Made by a program: the position numbers and the translations under genes
Source: Malacoraja senta
Taxonomy: Eukaryota
Assembly (NCBI GenBank): GCA_038087875.1
Contig: CM075991.1
Location: 2,666,001 to 2,730,000, forward strand
Length of the DNA: 64,000 bases
Direction: 5' to 3'
Shown here: positions 1-11,245 of the stretch, piece after piece
Position numbering within the stretch: position 1 is the first letter of the stretch
How the letters are laid out: every line of letters starts with the position of its first letter
The notes under the pieces: generated by a model
Told to the model about the DNA's origin: nothing
The model's input: the letters and a program-made list of their open reading frames with translations, nothing else
Database searches by the model: none

Positions 1-276
1 AGTGATTGTTGAATTGGTTTGGACAACTCGGCGGCTATTCGAGCAGATTCAGTGTTCCATTGTAGCAACTTCCTGTAACACAACCCAGAGCCTTAAATAA
101 ACCATCTCCTCTATATTTGATTCCTCCTGTGTAAACCAGTGGGGTTCAGTCTGAAGTGTCCAGACATGAAACGTCGCCTGTCCATTCTCTCCTCAGATGC
201 TGCCTGACCCGTCGAGTTCCTCCAGCTCAAGATTCCAGCATCTGCAGGTTATTTCATTTTATTTCATTATATTTTT

Positions 277-1030
277 AGTTTAGTTGAGTTTAGTTTAGAG
301 ATACAGGGCGGAAACAGGCCCTTCGGCCCACTGAGTCTGCGCCGACCAGCTATCCCCACACACTAACACTCCCCTACGCACACTAGGAACAATTTACATT
401 TCTATCGCCAATTAACCAACAAACCTGCACTTCTTTGGAGTGTGGGAGGAAACGGAAGATCACGGAGGAAACTTACGCAGGTCACAATAGACAATAGACA
501 ATAGGTGCAGGAGTAGGCCATTTGGCCCTTCGAGCCAGCACTGCCATTCAATGTGATCATTGCTGATCATCCGCAATCAGTATCCCGTCCCTGCCTTCTC
601 CCCATATCCCCTGACTCCGCTATTTTTAAGAGCCCTATCTAGCTCTCTCTTGAAAGCATCCAGAGAACCTGCCTCCACCACCCTCTGAGGCAGAGAATTC
701 CACAGACTCACCACTCTCTGTGAGAAAAAGTGTTTCCTTGTCTCCGTTCTAAATGGCTTACTCCTTATTCTTAAACTGTGGCCCCTGGTTCTGGACTCCC
801 CCAACATCAGTAACATGTTTGCTGCCCCTAGCGTGTCCAAGCCCTTAACGATCTTATATGTTTCAATGAGAAACCCTCTCATCCTTCTAAACTCCAGAGT
901 GTACAAGCCCAGCTGCTCCATTCTCTCAGCGGGGAGAACATACAAACTCCGTACAGACAGCACCCGTAGTCGGTATCGAATCCGGGTCTCTGCCGCTGTA
1001 AGGCAGCAACCGCTGCACCACCGCGCCACC
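277..1030 (-). mobile_element. tRNA-derived SINE interrupted by a CR1 LINE 3' fragment (~485-930)
   Basis: SINE tail (TTTAG)n at 277 and SINE body resuming at 931. The insert encodes the CR1 ORF2 C-terminus (LGLYTLEFRRMRG...FFSQRVVSLWNSLP) with an (ACAATAG)n tail. Confidence 0.85.
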
Positions 1031-1676
1031 CTTAAGTTTAGTCTAGTTCAGTTTAGAAGTACAGCATAGAAACAGCCCCTTCGGCCCACCAAGGCCATGC
1101 TGACCATTGATCACCGGTTAACACGCATTCTATGTTATCCCACTTTCTCATCCACTCCCTGTACACAAGAGGCTATTTACAGAGGCCAATCACCTACAAA
1201 CCTACACGTCTTTACGATGTGGGAGGAAACCCATAAAAGGTTCTGATTGTCTACCCCATCTATGCCTCTCATCATTTTATATACTTCTGTAAGGTCCCTC
1301 CTCAACCTCAGACGTTCCAGAGAAAACCATCTAAATATGTCCAACCTCTCCTCATAGCTACTATTCTCTAATCCAGGCATCATTCTGATAATTAAAGTGT
1401 ATATAATAGTGAGGGGGCTAGGTTATATAAATAGGAAAGATTTATTTCCCTCAAAAGAGGGGGCATAGATTTAAGGAAACAAGACTCAGAAGGTGAGGAC
1501 AGTTGTCTGGAATTCTGTGGCTGAATAGATACATGAGGCAGAATCCATCACCAGATTTAAACTGTGCTTGAGATGTGTACCTGTCCTGGAGAGTTGTAGC
1601 CTGTGCTGAAAGATGGCCAAGGATGCTCATTGACTAGCAGAGACTAGATGGCCCGAATCACCTCCAGTGTAATGAG

Positions 1677-2582
1677 TAGAGCCAGGATTTTGCCATAAAT
1701 GCCATGTGCCTTTTCATGTCTTTGTTGATGAATCCATCAAGATAATGCCTTTTTCACGATCGAGTGCCTAAATCAGCCTTTTATTTGCCGTTTTGCTACA
1801 AGGTCGTTCTATTTTCTCTAGTTGTACCGAGATTACAATGACGTTTTCTATGTTAACATGTTAATATTAATGTTATTATTAACGTGTTAACATAGTATAA
1901 ATTACAAGAACATTTCCACCACCGGGGGCGCCACTGTCGGTCGTTCATTCATTCGTGCCGCTGCCTGCGCTGGTTCAGTCTTCTCCAAGATCTATTGATT
2001 GCTTCCAATTTTACAAACTTCCCACAAGCTACCACTTCCCTTGAGAAACGTGGCGAAACATTAGTGAATAACTTGCAGATTTTCAACAAAGTAACTGACG
2101 ATATTCATAAAGTTCCTGGCGATGTAGGTAAAGATATACAAGGAAAATGTGAGAGAGTGATTTTAGCTAACAAAGATCTTGAAGAAATACAAAACATAGC
2201 TAAAGTTCTCAAAGGTAGTTGTAATGCACAAGATATCAACATGAATATAGAGTCTGTAGCTTGTTTTGGGTATGCACCAGTGACCTCAGCTGGGGTAGAA
2301 AGATGTTTTTCACAACTGAAGCATATTCTGTCTGACAGACGATATAGTTTAACAGCGGATAATTTGAAAAAAATGCTAGTAATTACGTTCAACCAGGCAA
2401 CTTTGGTCATTTAATGCAGAATACCTTTATATTACCATTTTTAACCATATTTTGGTGGTGGAAATACATGGCTTTTTATGCCTTTTTTTCAATAAATGCC
2501 TTTTTTGTGCCGTTTTTGTAATTTTATTATGCCTTTTTGCCCACCTATTTCAGTTTTTTAGTGCCTAAACATCCTGGCTCTA
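1677..2582 (+). mobile_element. Internally deleted hAT DNA transposon with transposase C-terminus (ORF 1995-2414)
   Basis: TIRs TAGAGCCAGGAT/ATCCTGGCTCTA; imperfect 8-bp TSD gtaatgag/gtaatgcc; ORF ends in the hAT dimerisation-like motif PVTSAGVERCFSQLKHILSDRRYSLTADNL. Confidence 0.85.
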
Positions 2583-2944
2583 GTAATGCCTTATGCTAGG
2601 CATTGCCATAGGGCTAGGACAACATTCCAGCAATTGCGATACACAGTGATTACATTTATCAGTCTCTTTCCCACCCCGGTCTGCACACATTTCTCCCAGC
2701 ACGGTGACGCAGCTGGTAGAGATGCTGCCTCACGGCGCCACAGACCCAGGTTCGACCCTGAATACAGGCGGTGTCAGTAGGGAGTTTGTACATTCTCCCC
2801 GTGACCACATGGGTTTTCTCCGGGTGATCCGGTTTCCTCACACCTTCTTCAGACATGCAGTTTGCCAGACTAATTGGCTTTGGTAAATTGCCCCTGGTGT
2901 GTATGATGCTAAACACAGAACTAGTGTGTTCATCCAACTGGAAT

Positions 2945-3330
2945 CATAAATTGGAGGAACAGCATCTCACATTTCGCTTGGGCAGCTTACAACCCAGTGG
3001 CATGAGTTTGATTTTTCTAACTTCAAGTAACCCCTGCATTCCCTCTCTCTCCATCCCTCCCCCACCCAAGTTACGCCAGATTCCCGTTCTCACCCAGCAC
3101 GCAGCTTACAATGGCCTGTTTCCTTTATCACCGTTACTTTTTTGCATTCATTTGTTCCATACCTCTCTACATTACTGTCTATATCTCTCCTCTCCCTTTC
3201 CCCTGACTAGTCTGAAGAAGGGTCTCGACCCGAAGACCAGTCTGAAGAAGGGTCTTGACCTGAAACGTCACCCATTCCTTCTCTCCACAAATGCTGCCTG
3301 TCCTGCTGAGTTACTCCAGCTTTTTGTGTC
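2945..3330 (+). mobile_element. Penelope-like element 3' end (GIY-YIG tail, 3' UTR, tandem hammerhead-like cores)
   Basis: KLEEQHLTFRLGSLQPSGM is homologous to 57134-57190; followed by CTGAAGA-agggtctcgaccc-GAA at 3212 and a second core at 3242. Confidence 0.8.
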
Positions 3331-4193
3331 TGTCTCCTTATATGACACCCACTTGTCTCCTTATCAGCTCTCGCCTTTGTCACTCACTGTCTGATCACCT
3401 CCTCCTCCACCTGTATCCACCTATCACTTGTCTGAAGAAGGGTCCCGACCCGAAACCTCACCTATCCATGCTCTCCAAAGATGCTGCCTCATCCTCTCAG
3501 TTACTCCAGCACTTTCTGTCTATTTTTGTACACCACCATCTGCAGTTCCTCATATCCACATCTTTAACCCTACTGGGTATAGTCATGGAGTGATACAGTG
3601 TGGAAACAGGCTCTTCGGCCCAACTTGCCCACACCGACCAACATGTCCCTGCATTTGGCCCATATCCCTCTAAACCTGTCCTATCCATGTACCTATCTAA
3701 ATATTTCTTAAACTTTGCGATAGTGCCTGCCTCAACTATCTCCTCCGGCAGCTCGTTCCATACTTCCATCACCCTTTGCGTAAAAAGGTTACCCCTCAGG
3801 TTCCTATTAAATCTCCCCCCCTCACTTTAAACCTATGTCCTCTGCAGAAGATATTGAATGCCAGCAATACTGAATGCAATACTAACATTGTATAAAGAGT
3901 TTTGCACGATTTTTGATTTGTGTATATATTTGTTATTACCTATAAAGAATATTTTCAAAGTATATAATTCCCTCCACAGGTGCTGCCTGACCCGCTGAGT
4001 TCCTCCAGCACTTTGTATTTTCAAACACTCATCAGTTTCTGCTCAACACCAGCCAATGTGGTCAGACTGGACTTGCATATAAAGGCTCTCAGTGTAAGGT
4101 TTTTCTTGCAGGAGTAGTCATTAACAGCGAGAGGCAATAGAAATGTAGCAAATGGGTTCTTTCCACAATGTCTTTATGTGGATCTGCAGTAGC

Positions 4194-4492
4194 TGCGGAG
4201 AGGTGAGGTGAGGAGAAGGTAGTGGGGGGGGGAGGGAGGGGAGAGGAGAGGGGGGATGAGAGGGGAGGAGAGGAGAGGAGAGAGGAGAGGTAGGGAAGAG
4301 GAGGAGGGGGAGGAGAGGGAACGGGAAAGGGGAGGAGAGGAGAAGGGAGGAGAGGGGTAGGGAAGGAGAGGAGAGGAGAAAGGAGGAGAGGGGAGGGGAG
4401 CGGAGGGGAGAGGAGAGGAGGAGAGAGTGGAGGGGAGGGGAGGGGAGGGGTGGGGAGAGGAGAGGGGAGGGGAGGGGAAAAGAGAAGAGAGG
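4194..4492. repeat. Polypurine (GA-rich) low-complexity tract
   Basis: About 300 nt of almost pure G/A (GGAGA/GAGG units). Confidence 0.95.
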
Positions 4493-4499
4493 TGTTTTT

Positions 4500-5340
4500 T
4501 TAATCAAGAAAAGAAAAATCGGAGAAATCAGACGGTGCCCGGGAAGAGCCACAATAGCAAGCCCGGATAAAGCAGAATCTTGATATCTTCAAGTAAACTT
4601 CTTAAACAGAGGGGGCTTATTCCAACAAGTGAAGCTCTGGTGCTCACGGCCACTCTTGTGAGAGATCACAGCGACCTATCATCTCCACAGACTCATCCCC
4701 ACCAAACTGCCTCCACAAATGACTCGCTCGCTGCTCGTTTCATGTCATCTCCCTCCTGATTTATGTTGGATGTTGAGTAGAAGGGACTCGGTGCCAAGTT
4801 TTGTGAGATTTTATCTTCTCTTTCTGTCTCTCCCTCCCTCTTTCTCAATTCAGTCGCGGAGGGAAGGGGGGTGGCTTTTATTTCCTCCCCTTTTTTAAAA
4901 TTAAAAAGTCACAGCTGCCAAATCCAGCCAGCGAGAGAGAGAGGGAGGGAGGGAGAGAGGGAGAGAGGGAGAGAGGGAGAGAGGGAGAGAGGGAGGGAGA
5001 GAGAGGGACCTTCGCAAAGGCACCGGAGCGCTGCCGAGGCGAGTCCATTCAAACCCCCAGCATCGTGGAAGTATCAGCCCAGCGGTCAAACCGAGTCCAT
5101 TTCCATCGGTTAACCGAGCTGGACTTTAACTCTTTAACAACCGAGTGTTTCTTTTACAAGGGGGATTCAACGTGGCAAGAATTTTATCAACCTTTTTTTT
5201 TTTTAACCCATGTAGTTCTCTCTAAGTGATTGAGGAGTATCGGCTGGGATCTGCTGTGAATCTTTTGTTTGTCCTGCTGGATATTTTCTCTGTGTGTGTG
5301 GGTGTGTGTGTGGGGGTGATCTAGCGGGGTGCTGTCCGAG
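4500..5340 (+). promoter_or_regulatory. Putative promoter / 5' UTR region of AEBP1
   Basis: Stretch of about 0.8 kb without recognisable TEs directly upstream of the ATG, with raised CpG and a GA-rich repeat (4932-5007). The TSS cannot be located from sequence. Confidence 0.5.
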
Positions 5341-5539
5341 ATGACCACCCTCGCCGCTCTCCCCGCGACCTGCACCTTCCTCCTGCTCCTCTCGCAGTGT
5401 CTGCACGCCCACCTCCCTCCTCAAGACCCCCGAGCCGGCCCGGCGAGCGGGGACAAGGCAGCGGTCTCCCTGCCCATCCCATCCCGAGCAGCAGAAGATG
5501 GAGCGACATCTCTCCGGACTGGCCAAGGACCCGCTCCTG
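5341..5539 (+). CDS. AEBP1: AEBP1/ACLP-like coding exon 1 (signal peptide)
   Basis: ATG at 5341, hydrophobic signal-like MTTLAALPATCTFLLLLSQCLHA, strong donor G|GTAAGT (phase 1). Lies in a TE-poor, CpG-richer region. Confidence 0.85.
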
Positions 5540-6536
5540 GTAAGTCATAGAGTGATACGCCGTGGAAACAGGCCCTTCGGCCCAACTTGCCCACACTGGC
5601 CAACACTAGTCCCACCTGTCTGCGTTTGGTCCATATCCCTCCAAACCTGTCCTATCCATGTTCCTGTCCAACTGTTTCTTAAACGTTGGGATAGTCCCAG
5701 CCTCAACTACCTCCTCTGGCAGCTTGTTCCACCACCCTGTGTGTGAAAAAGTTACCCCTCGGATTCCTATTAAATCTTCTCCCCTTCACCTTGAACTTAT
5801 GTCCTCTGGTCCTCGATTCCCCTACTCTGAGCAAGCGACCCTGTGCATCTACCCGATTTATTCCTCTCATGATTTTGTACAGTGTAAGTAAGTGTAGCTC
5901 TTTCATCTGGTGGCCTTCTGCGGTTTGGTGGGCTATGGGCCAAATGCAGGCAAATGGGACTAGTCCAGTATCTTTGGTCAGCATGGACAAGGTGGGCCGA
6001 AGGGCCTGTTCCCATGCTGTATTGTTCAGTTTATCAGTTTATTGTCACATGTACAGAGGTACAGTGAAAATATATTAGTTTGTGCAGTGTAATTGTGATA
6101 TTTGTGGAATGTTGTAAACAAAATGCAGATGTAGCCCAGACCATCACACACACCAACCTCCCTCCCTTACCTTCACGCTGCCTCAGCAAGGCCACCAGCA
6201 TAATCAAGGACCAGTCACACTCCCTCTTCTCGCCTCTCGCATAACGCAAGAGGTACAGAAGCGTGAAAACGCACACCTCCAGATTCAGGGACAGTTTCTT
6301 CCCTGCTGTTATCACGCAACTGAACAATCCTATCCACAACTAAGAAGTGGTTTTGACCTCCCATCTACCTCATTGGAGACCCATGGACTATCTTTAATCG
6401 GACTTTACTGGATTTTATCTTGGACTAAACTTTATTCCCTTAAGCTCGATTGTAGTCATGTAAAGTCTTTCTGCTGACCGGTTAGCACGCAACAAAAGCT
6501 TTTCACTGTACCTCGGTACAGGAGACAATAGACTCA

Positions 6537-6752
6537 AGGGCTTGTCCCACTTGGCTGTCATTTGCGCGTCATTTACGCGACATAATTTACGAGTCGTGAG
6601 GCACTCGTGATGCGCGCATGGCGTGCATTATGCATGCATGGCGCATGGTGATACGTGGTGGTGTAGGCAGTGACGCGCGGATTTTGGGATTCACAAGATC
6701 TTCGCGCGCCACCTGCGTGACGCGCAAATGACGCCCAAGTGGGACAGGCCCT
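6537..6752. mobile_element. PIF/Harbinger-type MITE
   Basis: TIRs AGGGCTTGTCCCACTTGG/CCAAGTGGGACAGGCCCT, long internal inverted repeats, flanks TCA/TAA. Confidence 0.8.
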
Positions 6753-7157
6753 TAAACTAAACTAAAATGACTGGTCATTATAATCTGCTTTAGGGGGGAG
6801 GGGGAGAGAGGGTGGGGTAGAGGAGAGGATGGGAGGGGGAGAGGAGGTGGGGAGAGTGGGTGGGGGGAGAGTGGGTGTAGGAGAGGGGGGAGAGGAGGGA
6901 GGGGAGGGGGGGGAGAGGGGGCTGGTGAGATAATAAACATGACCTGGAGTTTACAAATACTGTGTGGCAGTTCGCTATACGGCCAAACGTTAAATTGCAG
7001 CTGAATAATTGGGAGAAGGGTCTAAAATAAGACCCAGCTCAGAAAGAATTTGCATTAGTTTAAGAAATATTTGAAAGTTATTAATATTCTAGGAAGCTGA
7101 CGAAAATGGGCAGGAGAGCCAATTTCATCTATTCTTGTTATGACCTTGTATGAGTTT

Positions 7158-7535
7158 TTTTAGTTTAGTTTAGAGATACAGCGCAGAAACAGGCCCTTCG
7201 GCCCACCGAGTCCGCGCCGACCAGCGATCCCCACATATTAACACTACCCTACACACACCACGGACAATTTTACACATACACCAAGCCAATTAACTTGAGT
7301 CTGTTGATTCCACAATGCTTAGGGGTGTCAGAGGGGAATTAATGGTTGTGTGTATATATGGAGAATTTATACATGTACGTCTTTGGAGTGTGGGAGGAGA
7401 CCGAAGATCTCGGTGAAAACCCACACGGTCACGGGGAGAACGTACAAACTCCGTACATGCAGCACCTGTAGTCGGGATCGAACCCGGGTCTCTGGCGCTG
7501 TAAGGCAGCAACTCTACGGCTGCGCTGCCGTGCCT
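7158..7535 (-). mobile_element. tRNA-derived SINE (HE1-like) with internal 73-nt insert
   Basis: tRNA-like head (rc ggcacggcagcgcagccgtagag...ggttcgatccc), (TTTAG)n tail; many similar copies in the window. Confidence 0.85.
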
Positions 7536-9008
7536 GCCCAAGTTCTGAACACTTGGTATGGAAATCTGTGTGGGGAAGAGTTTGACTTCTGCAGACATTT
7601 CCAAATGCAGAAAATGTATGCTAAAGTATGGGGGAATTCTCCATATAAACACTAAACCATTAATTGCCCTCTGACGCCCCTAAGCATTATGGAATCAACA
7701 CTCAAAACGCAATAATGTTTGAACTTTGAAAGAAATCCATCTCTATTTTTCATTAGTGGTTCCTGATGAATAAGATATTCAAATCTTTCCCTCTTATCCT
7801 TGCATTCATATACCCATTACAAAGTACTTAAAAAAAAAAATTGAGGTCAGGTAAGGGGGGATGCTAGTTGAAGAGTTGGTATGTCCCATTAACATAATCC
7901 TCATAAAAATATTTGTTTCTCTTTTTTCCTCTTTCTCTTTCTCTTTCTTTCCTAGGGTCTATTTTTTAACTCTTTTTCTTTTGTTTTTTAATTTTGCTCT
8001 TATAGGGTCTTCATCCTTTTTTGTTGTCACATTTTCTACACTCACTTTTTCCTTCACTTTCTTCTTTCCTTCAATCTTTTCTTTTTCTAGTGTAAAAAAT
8101 AAATGGAGTACATTAATTGTAAGAAGACATAAGTGACAAGTACTAATGTATGTGGTTGTAATGTAATGTACTTCCAATAAATAAAAATTAAAAAAAAATA
8201 TATATATATATATATACCCATTACCACAGCCTGCCTAAAGAAGCATAGAAACATGGAAAATAGCCGCAGGAGGAGGCCATTCGGCCCTTCGAGCCAGCAC
8301 CACTATTCATTGTGATCATCCCCAATCAGTAACCCGTGCCTGCCTTCTCCCCATATCCCTTGATTCCACCAGCCCCTAGAGCTCTATCTAACTCTCTCTT
8401 AAATCCATCCAGTGATTTGGCCTCCACTGCCCTCTGTGGCAGGGAATTCCACAAATCGATCACCCTGAAGCATTTTAGTTATGCCTTCATCTTCTCTAAA
8501 AAGACAAGGTTGTTCAACACGCCCGCTCCCCAGTATTCGTTTACAATGCTTCTGTTTGGGGAAATGCTTTATTTCCATTTAGGTTATTCACCAATTGTTC
8601 TTCATCCAGTGTAGAAGGATCCCGACCTGAAACATGGCCTTTCCATCCCCTCCTTAGATGCTGCCTGACCTGCTGAGTTCCCCCAGCACTTTGCTCGCTG
8701 TTTTGTTCAAGATTCCGGCACTTGCGATTCCTTGTGTCTCTCTTTCTTCAAGCTTTTCACTGCACACGTGACAAGGATCTAGAACTGAAACGGAAACTTT
8801 ACCTCTTTCTTTGCTCCGTGTGGCGGCAGAGTGGTGCAGCGAGTAGAGCTGCTGCCTCGAGGTCCATCCCGACCTCGGGTGCTGTCTGTGTGGAGTGTGC
8901 TTGTTCTCCCAGTTTCCACCGGGTGCTCCGGTTTCCTCCCACATTCCAAAGGGGTTTCTAGGCTTGTAGGTGAATTGGCCTCTGCAAATTGTCCCCAGTG
9001 TGTACGGA

Positions 9009-9303
9009 GCGGTCTTAGAATAAAGGGGAGGTCATTTAAGACTGAGGTGAGAAAAAACGTTTTCACCCAGAGAGTTGTGAATTTATGGAATTCCCTGCCA
9101 CAGAGGGCAGTGGAGGCCAAGTCACTGGATGGATTTAAGAGAGAGTTAGATAGAGCTCTAGGGGCTAGTGGAGTCAAAGGATATGGGGAGAAGGCAGGCA
9201 CGGGTTATTGATAGGGGACGATCAGCCATGATCATAATGAATGGCGGTGCTGGCTCGAAGGGCCGAATGGCCTCCTCCTGCACCTATTTTCTATGTTTCT
9301 ATG
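9009..9303 (+). mobile_element. CR1 LINE 3' fragment
   Basis: LRIKGRSFKTEVRKNVFTQRVVNLWNSLPQ...GYGEKAGTGY, 3' UTR and (TTTCTATG)n tail. Confidence 0.9.
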
Positions 9304-9453
9304 GTTGAGAAAGTGGGATAACATTGAACTAATGTGAACGGGTGATGTATGGTCAGCGTGGACTCGGTGGGCTGAAGGGCCTGTTTCCATGCTGTGTCTC
9401 TAAAAAAGCATATTATCTGTGCTGACATTGATGGTGTCCCTCTCTTTCAACAG

Positions 9454-9840
9454 GGCGATCCAAGAAAGTGTTACATGGAGCAGAGGGCACCCTCCCAGAC
9501 GCGCGAAGGAGACGTGAAGAACCAGACAGTCTATCGACAGTGACACCAGAGGTAGCGCTGAAACCGACTGGGACACCCAAAAAGGTCAAGAAAGAAAAGA
9601 AGCCAAAGGTGAAGACGCCCAGGCCAAAGAAAGAGAAGAAACCAAAGGAGAAAGTTCCAAAGCCAAAGAAAGAGAAGAAGCCCAAAGAGAAAACTGCTAA
9701 ACCCAAAAAGGAAAAACAAAACAAAGAGAAGTTGCCCAAATCTAGGAAAGAAAAAGCCCCAAAGAAACCAGCGGATGAAGGTGAGGGGATTGTGGAGCCC
9801 GTGCGGGAAGAGAAGCCTCAGCCAGAGGAAGGATACGAGG
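9454..9840 (+). CDS. AEBP1: AEBP1-like exon 2, Lys/Pro/Glu-rich repeat
   Basis: Acceptor tctctttcaacag; in frame with exon 1 (GRSKKVLHGAEG...KKEKKPK...EEGYE); donor G|GTACGT. An alternative in-phase donor lies at 9780|9781 (GTGAGG). A K/P-rich N-terminal repeat is characteristic of ACLP. Confidence 0.85.
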
Positions 9841-9861
9841 GTACGTATACAATGAAAGTGT

Positions 9862-10043
9862 GTTCAAGAAGGAACTGCAGATGCTGGAAAATCGAAGGTG
9901 GACAAAATTGCTGGAGAAACTCAGCGGGTACGGCAGCATCTATGGAGCGAAGGAAATAGGCAACGTTTCGGGTCGAAACATTGCCTATTTCCTTCGCTCC
10001 ATAGATGCTGCCGTACCCGCTGAGTTTCTCCAGCAATTTTGTC
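9862..10043. mobile_element. Fold-back PLE-derived short element with 14-bp TSD
   Basis: Inverted arms centred on gtttcgggtcgaaac; TSD tacaatgaaagtgt at 9848-9861 and 10044-10057. Confidence 0.85.
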
Positions 10044-10630
10044 TACAATGAAAGTGTACCAGCTGGAGGATACTGCTCAACGTGGTTACATGCAGGGAGG
10101 TTGAGCTTTGCTGTTCCAACCCAGCCATCTATAAATTCACCTGTTCTTTAGTTTAGTTTTTATTTAGTTTTGTTTAGAGATACAGTGTGGAAACGGGCCC
10201 TTCGGCCCACCGAATCCGCACCGACCAGCGATCCCCGCACGTTAACACTATCCAACACACACCAGGGACAATTTTACACATACGGCAAGCCAATTAACCT
10301 ACACGTCTGTGGGGTGTGGGAGGAAACCAAAGATCTCGGAGAAAACCCACGCAGGCCACGGGGAGAACGTACAAACTCCGCACAGACAGCACCAGTAGTC
10401 GGGATCGGACCCGGGTCTCCGGCGCTGTGACGCAGTAACTCTACCGCTGCACCACCATCTTTTGCTTCAAATTCTAGCATCTACAGTCCCTTGTGTTTGC
10501 ATTTTGATGGCTCTGGGTTGACAGGAGCTCTGTCAGAGTCTCTCTCACTGCTCCCCCCTCTGTGATTTACACCACTCACCAGATCTTCCACCCCCCCCCC
10601 ACCTCACATCTTTATACTCGCTATCTTTCA

Positions 10631-11245
10631 ATAGACAATAGACGCAGGAGTAGGCCATTCGACCCTTTGAGCCAGCACCACCATTCAATGTGATCATGGC
10701 TGATCATCCCCAATCAGTACCCCGTTCCTGCCTTCTCCCCATATCCCCTGACTCCGCTATTTTTAAGAGCCCTATCTAGCTCTCTCTTGAAAGCATCCAG
10801 AGAACCTGCCTCCACCGCCCTCTGAGGCAGAGAATTCCACAGACTCACCACTCTCTGTGAGAAAAAGTGTTTCCTCGTCTCGGTTCTAAATGGCTTACTC
10901 CTTTTTTTAAACTGTGGCCCCTGGTTCTGGACTCCCCCAACATTGGGAACATGTTTCCTGCCTCTAGTGTGTCCAAGCCCTTAACAATCTTATATTTCAA
11001 TGAGATACCCTCTCATCCTTCTAAACTCCAGCGTATACAAGCCCAGCTGCTCCATTCTCTCAGCATATGACAGTCCTGCCATCCCGGGAATTAACCTTGT
11101 AAACCTACGCTGCACTTCCTCAATAGCAAGAATGTCCTTCCTCAAATTAGGGGACCAAAACTGCACACAATACTCCAGGTGTGGTCTCACTAGGGCCCTG
11201 TACAACTGCAGAAGGACCTCTTTGCTCCTATATTTGATTCCTCTT
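10631..11245 (-). mobile_element. CR1 LINE 3' fragment
   Basis: YRALVRPHLEYCVQFWSP...LGLYTLEFRRMRG on the minus strand, with a CR1 3' UTR. Confidence 0.92.

Noticed and set aside
4121..4552. 143-aa Pro/Leu/Ser-rich ORF on the minus strand
   Set aside because: Translation artefact of the GA-rich tract.
5329..5340. GTG start proposed by the ORF track for exon 1
   Set aside because: Prokaryotic-style start call. The in-frame ATG at 5341 (GAGATGA context, purine at -3) is the plausible initiator.
9413..9739. Phe-rich membrane-like ORF on the minus strand
   Set aside because: Antisense shadow of the Lys-rich exon 2.
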